Below are positions 48,849-57,780 of a DNA stretch of 59,255 bases, piece after piece (within the stretch, counting starts at the first letter, position 1; each line of letters starts with the position of its first letter). The notes below the pieces were generated by a model, which ran no database searches, had not been told where the DNA came from, and saw only the letters and a list, made by a program, of their open reading frames with translations. The stretch covers positions 1-59,255 of the forward strand of contig JAFLTK010000343.1 in NCBI GenBank assembly GCA_022511505.1, given 5' to 3'. This stretch comes from Muribaculaceae bacterium (GTDB lineage: Bacteria > Bacteroidota > Bacteroidia > Bacteroidales > Muribaculaceae). The translations under genes and the position numbers were made by a program.

Positions 48849-51638
48849 TTATTTCACGATTTTGGTGGCGCGTTTGTGACCGTTGGCCATCGTGTCAACC
48901 TTGATTACCAGGCCGCTCTCGGGATTGGCAACGGGCATGCCCTGGAGGTTGAAATACTCGGTGGCAACAACGTCGGCAGCGTTGCCAACAACGGTGATGA
49001 CCGACGATTCATTGTCGACAGTTACCTCGGGACCGAAACCGCCGCGGGCGTTAGCCTTGCGAACCTTGATGCCGGTGCCAGAGGGGATAGTGTCGCTATA
49101 AATCTTGCCGTCAACGAGATAGACGTTGCCGGTCATATCCTCGCCCTTTTGGTATTCAACCTGAGCGGCGATTTCTTCGGGACGCCAGTCGGGGAACACT
49201 TTGTCGAGAGCATACTCGGCGGCCTGCTCGGCGGTCAGAATGGTTTCATATTTCTTGTTGCCGGTCGAGTGGGTAAACTCGATGACATTTGACGCGGGTG
49301 AGATTACCTTGCCGTTGGCGTCCATGGTGTTGTATTCCACAAACTTATCGGCGGCACAGTTCATACCGGCCACGGTGAAGCGCGACGAGGCGAGTTTCGA
49401 TGGCTGGTTGATGGTGGTATTGAGCCATGCGAGGCCGGAATATGCGCCCCACGAGCGACCGAAGTTGAACTGAGAGCAAAGGGTCTCGATGGTGCAGTTG
49501 TTCATCACATAGCCAAACTTCTTGGCATTGTTGGGAGCGGCGATTGTGGTGTTCTTAATCGACTCGTTTACAAAGAGAACGCGGTTGAAGTAAACATCGC
49601 CACCACCGCACACATAGTCGACAACGCCGTGGATTTCGCCATCCTCAAAGTAGAAGTAGGCGGCGGGGTTGTTGCTGTAATAAGTATCTTGATAAGACTC
49701 GAGGCTGACGTTCTTGCAGATAGTGTTTGAACCCTTATCCTGCAGAGTCACGGCGCGACCTGTGCCACCGTCAAAGGGCATAGCGTTGCGCAGGGTCAAA
49801 TCCTGGAGGTAGAGATTTTCAGAGCGGTTGAGCAGCGTGGCTGTTACGCCGATACCCTCGGCATCCAGCGGCGGATAGTTGAGGATTACGGTGCCCTTGG
49901 TCGACTCGCCGATGATAGAAACGTTCTTGCCCGAGATGGTGGTCAGCGTGGTAGTGCCGAGGTCGTATGTTCCGTTGGGGAGGTAGATTTTGGCGCCATC
50001 CTGTGAAGCGGCGGCTTTCAGGGCGAGAAGGAAACTCGACACGTCGCCGGCGGGAATCTCATAGTAGCCGGTAGCCTCGTTGAACGACACGAAGTCGAGG
50101 ACGTTGGCAACGGTAACGGCGTGGATGTAGGCACCTTCGGGGAAGGTAATGGTCAGCCAACCGGCCTCGCCGTCATATTGGAAGGTCTGCTCGGCGCCGT
50201 CGGTCTCGGCCTTGACGGGGAACTCGGCAACGGTAGCGCCGGCCTCGCCGGTAACAACGGCGGTCGACTCGGCCGAGTAGGCACAGCAACCAACGGTCAC
50301 ATAGCACTTGCCGGCAACTTTCACCTTGATGGCTCCATTGCGGTTAACAAGCCAGCCGTGGGTATTGTAATACTTGCCGTCAATCTCGATGGCTTCGTGG
50401 TCCTCGACATAGAAATAGGGCTTGGTCAAGTCATAGACATAGAGCGATGTCGATGTGGGTTCCTCGATCTTGGTGGCGCGGGCATATAGTTTGGTGTTGG
50501 TTTCAAGCACGGTGCCCTCGGCGACCTTTTCGGCGGTAGAAGTGGTGTTGGCAAACCAGCCGCGGAAAGCCTGCCCGGCAGGAACGGTAACGTCGTTCAC
50601 GCCATATTTATAAGTAAGGGCGGTTCCGCCGGGGAGGTCGTCGGTGCCAATCAGCTTGCCGTCGGTGTTGTAGTAGGAGACGGTCACGTCCGGGAGGCGG
50701 TCACAAGCCTCGACGCTCAGCGACGGGCAGTAGGACGGGGTGATGATTGTCAGGACAGCCTCTTCGTCGCTGTTGTAGGTCCAACTGGTGGTGCTGTTGC
50801 AGTCGCTGCTGCAAGGAAGCGAGGCGAGAACGGTGTCACCTTTCTTGATGACAGCGCCCTGACCGTTATACTGGCAGTTGCCAAATGTAATTTTCACGGC
50901 ACCGTCGACGGGAACGGTTACAACCGACGAGTTGTAGCCGTGCTGTGAGTCGTGCCAAGTACCCTCAACAGTCACGCCGGCAGGCAGTTGGCCGTCGGCA
51001 GGCTTGACAACGGTATAGGGGTCGGTAGTGAAGTCGATGCTGAAATCGGTGAAATTGCGCTCTTTCTGCACAAAGGGAACAACCTGTATCGAGTAGAGGC
51101 GGAAGCCCTTGCTACACTTGAGATTAAGCACCAGGTCGCCGTTGGCCTTGACGCGAGTCGACTGGCGAGTGGTTTCCTTGCGCGCAGTCTCGCTGGTGGC
51201 GAGAGTCTCGGTGATGGCGTCGCTGGAAACAGTTGCCTCCGAGCCGGCGCCGGCAAAGTCGATGATAAGTTCGTCGTTAACACCGCAACCGGGGATGCGA
51301 ACGGTCATGCTGCCGTGCTGCAGGCAGTAGTTGTTGGAGATGCCATAGACCGCGCCGGTGGTGATGGTGAAATAAACACCCTCGAGGCCGGTCAGAGCGT
51401 CGCCGCGGTTTGAGGGAAGTTCCTGATTGTCAAGAGCCTTGTTGAGCGATACGCGACCCTTGCTGTCGACCGCACTCCAATACTCGCAATTAGATACCTC
51501 ATTCTTGTGATTTTTTCCCTGGGTGAAGTCCCATGACCGCTCGGTCGTCACATGGACAAAATCACCGTCGGCGCGTGCTGTCACGCCGGTCAGTAACCCG
51601 ACAAGCAGCAGTAGCGCACACTGTAAATGTTTTCTCAT
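48849..51638 (-). CDS. multidomain pectinesterase (CE8) with T9SS C-terminal sorting domain
   Basis: 929 aa with a signal peptide. The CE8 core carries AVTLQDKGSNTICKNVSLESYQDTYY and GVVDYVCGGGDVYF (QDT / G.vDfi.G motifs), then FGRSWG. The last ~40 aa (ATEYFNLQGMPVANPESGLVIKV...KIVK) look like a type-A T9SS CTD. Confidence 0.8.
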   Translation of the reverse strand: MRKHLQCALLLLVGLLTGVTARADGDFVHVTTERSWDFTQGKNHKNEVSNCEYWSAVDSKGRVSLNKALDNQELPSNRGDALTGLEGVYFTITTGAVYGISNNYCLQHGSMTVRIPGCGVNDELIIDFAGAGSEATVSSDAITETLATSETARKETTRQSTRVKANGDLVLNLKCSKGFRLYSIQVVPFVQKERNFTDFSIDFTTDPYTVVKPADGQLPAGVTVEGTWHDSQHGYNSSVVTVPVDGAVKITFGNCQYNGQGAVIKKGDTVLASLPCSSDCNSTTSWTYNSDEEAVLTIITPSYCPSLSVEACDRLPDVTVSYYNTDGKLIGTDDLPGGTALTYKYGVNDVTVPAGQAFRGWFANTTSTAEKVAEGTVLETNTKLYARATKIEEPTSTSLYVYDLTKPYFYVEDHEAIEIDGKYYNTHGWLVNRNGAIKVKVAGKCYVTVGCCAYSAESTAVVTGEAGATVAEFPVKAETDGAEQTFQYDGEAGWLTITFPEGAYIHAVTVANVLDFVSFNEATGYYEIPAGDVSSFLLALKAAASQDGAKIYLPNGTYDLGTTTLTTISGKNVSIIGESTKGTVILNYPPLDAEGIGVTATLLNRSENLYLQDLTLRNAMPFDGGTGRAVTLQDKGSNTICKNVSLESYQDTYYSNNPAAYFYFEDGEIHGVVDYVCGGGDVYFNRVLFVNESIKNTTIAAPNNAKKFGYVMNNCTIETLCSQFNFGRSWGAYSGLAWLNTTINQPSKLASSRFTVAGMNCAADKFVEYNTMDANGKVISPASNVIEFTHSTGNKKYETILTAEQAAEYALDKVFPDWRPEEIAAQVEYQKGEDMTGNVYLVDGKIYSDTIPSGTGIKVRKANARGGFGPEVTVDNESSVITVVGNAADVVATEYFNLQGMPVANPESGLVIKVDTMANGHKRATKIVK

Positions 51639-51760
51639 GAGAAATTGATTTATTGATTTAAGATTAAAAAAGTGATTCTGTGTAATAGCGCCACAAATTT
51701 ACTCAAAAATCCTTGTCCCGCCAACTCCGCCGCGTGAAAACTTTTCGGGGGCCCTGCTCG

Positions 51761-51786
51761 TGACGAGAAGCTCCAGCTCCTCGACC
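51761..51786. repeat. GC-rich hairpin GAGGAG-N-CTCCTC family, copy B
   Basis: tgacgagaagctccagctcctcgacc. About 20 of 26 positions match copy C by hand alignment. The 9-mer tttatcgag follows at 51809-51817, as it does after copy A (48678-48686). Confidence 0.55.
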
Positions 51787-52060
51787 TAACCGGCGCGGGA
51801 AGTCGAGGTTTATCGAGACAGCGGCAAATGTCCCAAATTTGTGATGAAGTTGTGAATAGTTACAGTACCAGTACTTAGTAGTTTGGGTGCCACTAATATA
51901 CTGAATATCTGTAATATACACATTTTTTCATTATAAAAATTTTAGAAATTTAATTCAACCAACGAGTTATTAGAAAATAAAATTTGCATAGGTTGCGTAA
52001 TTTTATGACCTTTGCATAAATTTAAAAGATTTGAGCTTCCCATATCCTTATGACTTAAAT

Positions 52061-53836
52061 ATGATCAAAAAAGATACTTTTTTCACGTTCTTTAAAGGCC
52101 ATAAATATTCCATTTATTTGTATTTACTAAATTTAATATCTTTTCTTATCTTGATATTATTTGTAGATATTAATTTAAGCGAAGATTATGAATTTTGGAA
52201 AAGGGCTATTTATTCACTTCTTGGAGATTTCTTTCTTTTATTTTCGCCTTATTGGTTTATTTCCAATCGGTATAAATGGACATCTATTTTCCCGATATTA
52301 TTTCTTTCTTTTTTCTTTATCGTCAATATTTGGTACTTCCGGTTTTGGGATAACTTTTTACCGACTACATCTTTGCACGCAACCAAAAATATTAATGGTA
52401 TGTTGCTGAATAGTATTAGAGGACTTGTAAAAGCTTCTGATTTAATTTTTTTGTTCCCTTCCGCTATTATCCTCACATATATTTGTTTTTTTAATAAGAA
52501 ATTGAAAAGAGAAATTCCATTAAGAATAAAATGTAAATGGATATTTTTTGTGGCTTCTTTAACTGCATTTCTTTTCTTCCAATTTATAAGGATTGAAAAA
52601 GCTCGAAGATGGTATCAAAATGATTTTGAACTGAGATTAAGTTATAAACAAATGCTAATTAATGATTTGAATAATCCTGTATTTAATTCAATACATTATT
52701 TTAATACAAATGGAATAATATTCTATATGATTAGATTCTTTTCTGATTATGTGAAAATTTCTAATATAAGGCAAGAATTATCTGAAGAAGAACTTAAAAC
52801 CATTAGAGAGTATCTAAATTCTCATAATAATTGTAGTACACCCAATTTTTTTGAAAATAATAAAACAAAAAATATTATCTTCATCATAGTTGAATCGCTT
52901 AATGCTTATGTGATTAATAAAGAAATTGAGGGTAAAGAAATTACGCCGTTTATGAATTCTTTGCTTCATGAGCAAGGAACAATTTATAGTTTGAATGTTG
53001 AAACTCAAGTACGAGACGGACGTTCTGGAGACGGTCAATTTATATACAATACAGGATTATTGCCATTAAACGGATTCCTAACACCTATGATGGTAGTCCC
53101 AAATATCAAACTACCGGTTTTATCAGATAATTACAAAGGCTACCTGAGTAGGGACGCTGTTTTTGCAGATGACGGCAGAAGCTGGAATCAGTCAGATAAT
53201 TTTAAGATTTTTGGCTTTTCAAATGTTTATGCTCAAGATAGTGGTGATTCTCATGTATTATTGAGAGGCTCGGATGGAGCCATGTTTGATAAAGCTATAG
53301 ATTTAATAAAGAAAGCAAAGAAACCGTTCTTTATGGAAATTGTTTCAATATCAATGCACGTGCCTTTTCAAGATCCAGGTGTGCCTTCATTTGACTGGTT
53401 GCAGCAAATTGAAATGTCAAAAAATGATAGAAATTATCTTAGAATGACTACATATTTTGATCAAGAATTGCAAAAATTCGTAGCCAAGCTAAAAGACATT
53501 GATCTTTATGAAAATACGATATTGATACTTGCATCAGATCACTCTCAAAACATTACCGTTGATAAATCAGAAAAGATAAATGATGTTGAAATCCCAATTG
53601 TTTTCATTGCTACAAACACTGGTCTCTCCAAAAGAATAGAAACAAAAAAAGGTCAGATTGATGTTTTCCCTACTATACTTGAAATTACCGGACATTTTCA
53701 AGATATAGATTATAGCGGTGTTGGATTCTCAATGCTTGATTCAGTAAATAATAGTCTTGATAGAATTGAAGAAATTCAAAATATTAGTGATCTTATCATA
53801 AGAGGAAATTATTTTCATAGAATAAATAGGCATTAA
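52061..53836 (+). CDS. LTA-synthase/sulfatase-family membrane protein (phosphoglycerol- or phosphoethanolamine-transferase-like)
   Basis: I started it at the ATG at 52061 (MIKKDTFF...); the track uses a TTG at 52031. About 5 N-terminal TM helices are followed by an alkaline-phosphatase-superfamily domain (IIFIIVESLNAY..., ...ILASDHS...). It is extremely AT-rich relative to the rest of the window. Confidence 0.75.
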   Translation: MIKKDTFFTFFKGHKYSIYLYLLNLISFLILILFVDINLSEDYEFWKRAIYSLLGDFFLLFSPYWFISNRYKWTSIFPILFLSFFFIVNIWYFRFWDNFLPTTSLHATKNINGMLLNSIRGLVKASDLIFLFPSAIILTYICFFNKKLKREIPLRIKCKWIFFVASLTAFLFFQFIRIEKARRWYQNDFELRLSYKQMLINDLNNPVFNSIHYFNTNGIIFYMIRFFSDYVKISNIRQELSEEELKTIREYLNSHNNCSTPNFFENNKTKNIIFIIVESLNAYVINKEIEGKEITPFMNSLLHEQGTIYSLNVETQVRDGRSGDGQFIYNTGLLPLNGFLTPMMVVPNIKLPVLSDNYKGYLSRDAVFADDGRSWNQSDNFKIFGFSNVYAQDSGDSHVLLRGSDGAMFDKAIDLIKKAKKPFFMEIVSISMHVPFQDPGVPSFDWLQQIEMSKNDRNYLRMTTYFDQELQKFVAKLKDIDLYENTILILASDHSQNITVDKSEKINDVEIPIVFIATNTGLSKRIETKKGQIDVFPTILEITGHFQDIDYSGVGFSMLDSVNNSLDRIEEIQNISDLIIRGNYFHRINRH

Positions 53837-53928
53837 TTCTGAGGGGATAATTCGATCTTTGTTTTGCAAAAGTTGGCGATAGGTTAAGATTCAATTCTTA
53901 TTAAACCGAGGAATCATGTCGAGCGTTA

Positions 53929-53954
53929 TGATGAGGAGCTGTAGCTCCTCATCA
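53929..53954. terminator. perfect 12-bp-stem palindrome tgatgaggagct-gt-agctcctcatca (hairpin family copy C)
   Basis: Self-complementary by direct reading, ~90 nt downstream of the LtaS-like stop. It could terminate transcription from either side. Confidence 0.45.
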
Positions 53955-54064
53955 CAGCGTTGGAGTCGCAGGGGAGAACCCTTTCTGCTATTGATTTTTC
54001 CACCTTGGCGGGTATGAGCCCGAAGGGCGAAAACCTAAAGCGCCACGGGCCGGAGGCTCGTGGA

Positions 54065-54124
54065 GCTTGGCGGAGAGGACGGGATTCTTGCTTCGCAAGC
54101 GCTGGCGCGATAACGAACCCGTGG
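54065..54124 (-). repeat. scrambled duplicate of the tRNA-Ser 3' end (pseudo-tRNA fragment)
   Basis: gcttggcggagaggacgggattc (54065-54087) is identical to 54180-54202. cgaacccgtgg (54114-54124) is identical to 54202-54212. The two pieces are separated by a 26-nt insert (54088-54113) exactly where the T-loop would be. Confidence 0.75.
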
Positions 54125-54153
54125 GTTCTCATCCGCGTCCTCTTATACCATAA

Positions 54154-54181
54154 GCGCCCAAAACCTTTCAGTTTTGGGCGC
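54154..54181 (-). terminator. hairpin immediately 3' of tRNA-Ser
   Basis: gcgcccaaaac / gttttgggcgc form 11-bp perfect arms with a 6-nt loop, directly abutting the tRNA 3' end. Confidence 0.4.
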
Positions 54182-54182
54182 T

Positions 54183-54272
54183 TGGCGGAGAGGACGGGAT
54201 TCGAACCCGTGGTAGGATTGCTCCTACGTCAGTTTAGCAAACTGGTGGTTTCAGCCACTCACCCACCTCTCC
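54183..54272 (-). tRNA. tRNA-Ser (anticodon GCT)
   Basis: The minus strand reads GGAGAGGTGGGTGAGTGGCTGAAACCACCAGTTTGCTAAACTGACGTAGGAGCAATCCTACCACGGGTTCGAATCCCGTCCTCTCCGCCA. Acceptor stem GGAGAGG/CCTCTCC, anticodon loop TTGCTAA, long variable arm (TAGGA..TCCTA), T-arm ACGGG-TTCGAAT-CCCGT, encoded CCA. Confidence 0.9.
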
Positions 54273-54303
54273 TTAAAAAGCGGGTTTTGCGCTTTTGCGA
54301 CTG

Positions 54304-54311
54304 CAAAGATA
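54304..54311 (-). promoter_or_regulatory. candidate -7 box (TATCTTTG) for tRNA-Ser
   Basis: TAnnTTTG match on the minus strand, 32 nt upstream of the tRNA 5' end. Confidence 0.4.
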
Positions 54312-54440
54312 ATGTATCATTTTCATTCATGCAAATTTTTTAATCATCTTTTTTAGTTTTGCGCAAAAATATCGCTCCGGAAGCGCCAAAACGCCGTTTT
54401 CTTGCTACCTTTGCGCTCCGTTACAAAGAATAAGGGGTGG

Positions 54441-54488
54441 AAAAAGATAGAGATTTGTGTTGCACCTAAAACAACACAAATCTCTATC
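54441..54488 (-). terminator. canonical intrinsic terminator downstream of the 1085-aa pectinesterase gene
   Basis: On the minus strand, gatagagatttgtgttg-ttttaggtg-caacacaaatctctatc forms a 17-bp perfect stem followed by TTTTT. It lies ~35 nt past the stop at 54523. Confidence 0.7.
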
Positions 54489-54522
54489 GGCTATAATTAT
54501 TAACTATCAACTAATTAACTAA

Positions 54523-57500
54523 TTAAAAGACTTGTTTGGCGGTCGAGACGCTGCCGGCATCGTCGATTGTGACGACAATGTTGACGCCGGTGACGGGTCG
54601 CTCGTGGCGACGTCCCATAGCGTCATAGTAGACGGTCGAAACGATGTTGCCGGTCGAGGCGTTGACGGTGCCAACGCCGGCGGGGTCGTGAACCTTGGCC
54701 GCAGCCGAGAGTCCGCCAAACTCGTTGACGGCGCGGATGGCGAGATTCTTGGCGGTCGGGTCGACGGCCATCGAAGTGTCGGTGGTGAAGCCGATGACAT
54801 CATCGCCGGCGGTCAGCAGATAGCAGATGGCGTAGGGAACAGCCTCCCATTCAACGAGTCCGGCAGAAGTCACAGTCGCCTCGGGAGCGGCACAGGCCTC
54901 GGTCTTGATGACGGGCTGCCAGTTGTCGTTGCCCATAAGTACGTTGGCAACGGTGTACTCGGCGGCTTCCTCGTCGGTCAGGAAGTTCTTGGCCTTGCCA
55001 TAGACTTTCTCGCCGGTGGTGCTGTCTATATAATAATATGTGTCGCGGCGCATCGACAGGTCAACGGGGTTGCCGTTGATGTCGGTAGTGTTCCAGTCGG
55101 CCCAGAGCACGGGGAGACCGCCCATTGTTTCATACCAGCCCGTGGCGGGAATGGTCACCTCGGCGCGAGTGTTGAGGAAAACGGTCTTGGGGAAGTTGTG
55201 CCAGGGGCGGCCGAGCCACACCGATGTCTTGGTCGGGTCGCCGGGGGCGGTGATGGTACAGTTGTTGAACACATAGCCCCAAGCGGCGTCGATAGCATGG
55301 GACGGAGCAACGATATAGCCACCGTCGCGGCGCGTAATCAGCAGGGTAGTGTTGTCGATATAGATGTCGCCGCTGTTGTAGATAAAGTCAACGGCGCCCT
55401 CGATGAGCGAGTTGCGAACGTAGGCACGATAGGGAGTGGTCGACGGAGTAATCCATGTATCCTGATAGGAGAGCATGGCGACGTTGTTGAAGATAGTGCG
55501 GTCGCCGATGGTGTTGAGGGCAAGAGCCTGCGGACCGGCTTGCTTTTCGTGACCGTAGGAATTTTCGAGAGTGATGTTTTCAAAGAAGCAGTCGTTGGAG
55601 TTGACAACGACGGTGGCGCCGACGCTGACGTGAACGGCGTTATCGCCGCCACAGAGGCGGTCGTCGGTGATGACGGTCTTGTCGCGGTCCTGGCCGATGA
55701 TGTGGATAAACGGTTTGGAGGCAGGGATATCGACGTGGCCCTTGTAGCGACCGTTTTTGACGAAGATGAGCCAGGGGCGAGCGCGGTTGGCGGGGGCATT
55801 GTCGATAGCGTCCTGAACGGTGGCGTAGTCACCCGAGCCGTCGGCAGCGACGATAACGTCAAAGAGGCGAGCATCGGGCTGAACGCGTTCCATAGTGGTA
55901 AACTGCAGCGTGCAGCCTTCAAAGGGGTTGCCGCTACGGTCGGTGACGGCACCGGCGGGGAGGACAAAGGTGTGGCTGCTGCCATAGTCGAGTCCGGCGT
56001 AGGGATAGACGACGCCCGTTCCGGCGGCGTTGCCTTTGAGTTCCTTGCCGTCGAGGGTAGCGCCGACGCCCTCAGCGAGGCGAATTTTCTCGTCAAAGGT
56101 CAGAATGATAGAACCGGTAGCCGAGGCGCCGGTCGAGCCGTTGGCGGGAATGGATGTTACCAACTTGGGCGCGACGTTGTCGTCAACGAGGTCGCTGTCG
56201 GCGAGGATGAACACCTCGGCAATGGCGAGGCCGTCATAGTCGCCGGCTGCACCTACCATGGCCGACGAACGGTCGGGCCACAGGCGGATGTAGAGGCGCT
56301 CCTGACCGGCAGCTTCGGCCGGCAGGTCAAACTCGCCGGCGGTCCAGCCGCGCTCGAGGGTATATGTGCCAAAGGTCTTGAAATTCTCGCCGTCAACGCT
56401 ATACTGAGCATTGAGCGTCGAGTAGGTGTTGTAACTGCAACCGGCGAAACCGCTGAAGTGGATATTGCTGTAGCCAACAGTCGAGAGGGTAATTTCAAAA
56501 TAAAGTTCCTCGCTGAACACTTTCCAGATGCGGGCGGCATACTTGCCGTTCTCTTGTCCGCGGGTGATGCCGCGCGACAGCCACGACGAAGTGCCCCCGG
56601 CGGGATTGCGCAGGCTGAGCAGACCGGCATTGTCACTCTCGGCGGCAAAATCGGCGGCACGCTGTGAGGCCGGTTCGTCGAAATAGAAATCCCAGCCCAT
56701 GATATAATCGGCGGCCGAGTAGTTGGCGGTCACGGCGAGGTCAGCGTCCATCTTGACAATGCGCTCGGGCGACGTCGTGTTGTCTTCCCATGCGGTAAAT
56801 GTCAGCACGCGGTTATTGGCAGCCTTGAGCGACACTTCGGTTCCGGCCTCGTAGTAACGCAGGCCGTTTTCATAGTATCCGTCGGGAGTGACCGTTATCT
56901 GGTGGTCACGGCCTCCGCCGGCTACCTTGAGGTCAAGTGAATAAACATCGGCCTTGGTATAAACGGCTGTCAACGACGTGTTTCCGGCAATTTGGAACAC
57001 GTAGGGGTTCTCGGTCGACACGGTTTTACCGGCGTCGTCGACCCAACGGTCAAAGTGGTAACTGAAATTCTCGGTCGCGGTGACGGTCAGCAGCGTGCCC
57101 TCGTCAAAGACAGAACCGGCGGGGCTGACAGTGACGGTGCCGGCAGCCTCGTCGGCACTGCGGGCCGAGAAAGTGTAGGACGGAACGGTTTCAACGCTGC
57201 CGGTTGCGGTTCCGCTGACAACGATGTCGGCAAAACCGAGTTCTTTGGTATTGCCTAACTTGGTGATATACAGTTTAACAGTGATTTCACCGGCAGTCTC
57301 GCCGATGCCGGTGACGGCCTTAGAGAAGTCGGTGACGGCAGGGTCGGCATTGTTTCGAGCCGGGATGACGTTATTGTCGACGGTGACGGTTGTCGAGCCG
57401 TTGTCGACGGTGACAACGACGGTACCGCCGTCGGTGCCATAGCGGGTGCACTTGAAACTGATTTGCTCGGGCTTAAAACTGATGCCCTTGCGAGGAATGA

Positions 57501-57780
57501 TGGTGAAAATCAGCGCCTCGTCGTCACTGAGTTCCGCGCGGTTGTTGGTCGCGGGGATATAGAGCGACTGGCTGACGCCGGCGGTCGTACGGTCATTGGA
57601 GGGCGTAAGACCCTTGCCGACAGTCATTTCATAGACCGAAAAGAGGTCTCCGGCATCGGTCACGGCGGTTGTCGTGTAACCGGCGCCCATGGGCCACGAG
57701 AACGAGACGTCGGCGGCCGCGGCGCTCAGTCCGAGCGCCATGAGGCCAACGATAGATGTGATTATATGCTTGATATTCAT
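54523..57780 (-). CDS. large multidomain pectinesterase (CE8) with Ig-like/InlB-B-repeat-like modules and T9SS C-terminal sorting domain
   Basis: 1085 aa with a signal peptide. The CE8 core: DYATVQDAIDNAP, ALALNTIGDRTIFNNVAMLSYQDTW, GAVDFIYNSGDIY, LGRPWHNF. Upstream are beta-rich modules (e.g. GTVTVSPAGSVFDEGTLLTVTATENFSYHFDRWVDD). The C-terminal ~40 aa (...VYYDAMGRRHERPVTGVNIVVT...KQVF) are CTD-like. The start overlaps the upstream stop as TAATG. Confidence 0.85.
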   Translation of the reverse strand: MNIKHIITSIVGLMALGLSAAAADVSFSWPMGAGYTTTAVTDAGDLFSVYEMTVGKGLTPSNDRTTAGVSQSLYIPATNNRAELSDDEALIFTIIPRKGISFKPEQISFKCTRYGTDGGTVVVTVDNGSTTVTVDNNVIPARNNADPAVTDFSKAVTGIGETAGEITVKLYITKLGNTKELGFADIVVSGTATGSVETVPSYTFSARSADEAAGTVTVSPAGSVFDEGTLLTVTATENFSYHFDRWVDDAGKTVSTENPYVFQIAGNTSLTAVYTKADVYSLDLKVAGGGRDHQITVTPDGYYENGLRYYEAGTEVSLKAANNRVLTFTAWEDNTTSPERIVKMDADLAVTANYSAADYIMGWDFYFDEPASQRAADFAAESDNAGLLSLRNPAGGTSSWLSRGITRGQENGKYAARIWKVFSEELYFEITLSTVGYSNIHFSGFAGCSYNTYSTLNAQYSVDGENFKTFGTYTLERGWTAGEFDLPAEAAGQERLYIRLWPDRSSAMVGAAGDYDGLAIAEVFILADSDLVDDNVAPKLVTSIPANGSTGASATGSIILTFDEKIRLAEGVGATLDGKELKGNAAGTGVVYPYAGLDYGSSHTFVLPAGAVTDRSGNPFEGCTLQFTTMERVQPDARLFDVIVAADGSGDYATVQDAIDNAPANRARPWLIFVKNGRYKGHVDIPASKPFIHIIGQDRDKTVITDDRLCGGDNAVHVSVGATVVVNSNDCFFENITLENSYGHEKQAGPQALALNTIGDRTIFNNVAMLSYQDTWITPSTTPYRAYVRNSLIEGAVDFIYNSGDIYIDNTTLLITRRDGGYIVAPSHAIDAAWGYVFNNCTITAPGDPTKTSVWLGRPWHNFPKTVFLNTRAEVTIPATGWYETMGGLPVLWADWNTTDINGNPVDLSMRRDTYYYIDSTTGEKVYGKAKNFLTDEEAAEYTVANVLMGNDNWQPVIKTEACAAPEATVTSAGLVEWEAVPYAICYLLTAGDDVIGFTTDTSMAVDPTAKNLAIRAVNEFGGLSAAAKVHDPAGVGTVNASTGNIVSTVYYDAMGRRHERPVTGVNIVVTIDDAGSVSTAKQVF

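Noticed and set aside
48479-48904. 141-aa plus-strand ORF in the GC-rich intergenic block
   Set aside because: The Arg/Gly/Pro/Ser-rich sequence spans stacked hairpins and runs into the 3' end of the convergent pectinesterase gene. It is more likely structured non-coding DNA.
52031-52060. TTG start for the LtaS-like gene, as given in the ORF track
   Set aside because: An ATG at 52061 gives MIKKDTFF... directly before the first TM helix. The ten extra codons (MSFPYPYDLN) have no support, so I chose the ATG, though neither start is proven.
54060-54150. Second tRNA, intron-containing tRNA, or tmRNA next to tRNA-Ser
   Set aside because: Only the 3' third of the tRNA is duplicated. There are no D-arm or anticodon-arm equivalents, and no tmRNA-type 5' GGGG...or ...TCCACCA end. 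The T-loop is interrupted by 26 nt. I treat it as a pseudo-tRNA or att-like scar instead.
54532-56667. 711-aa plus-strand ORF
   Set aside because: It is antisense to the CE8 pectinesterase gene. It is Gly/Val/Ala/Asp-rich and low-complexity with no motifs. The same reasoning applies to 13966-15510, 8489-9334, 40738-41658, 43526-44548 and 57807-58409.
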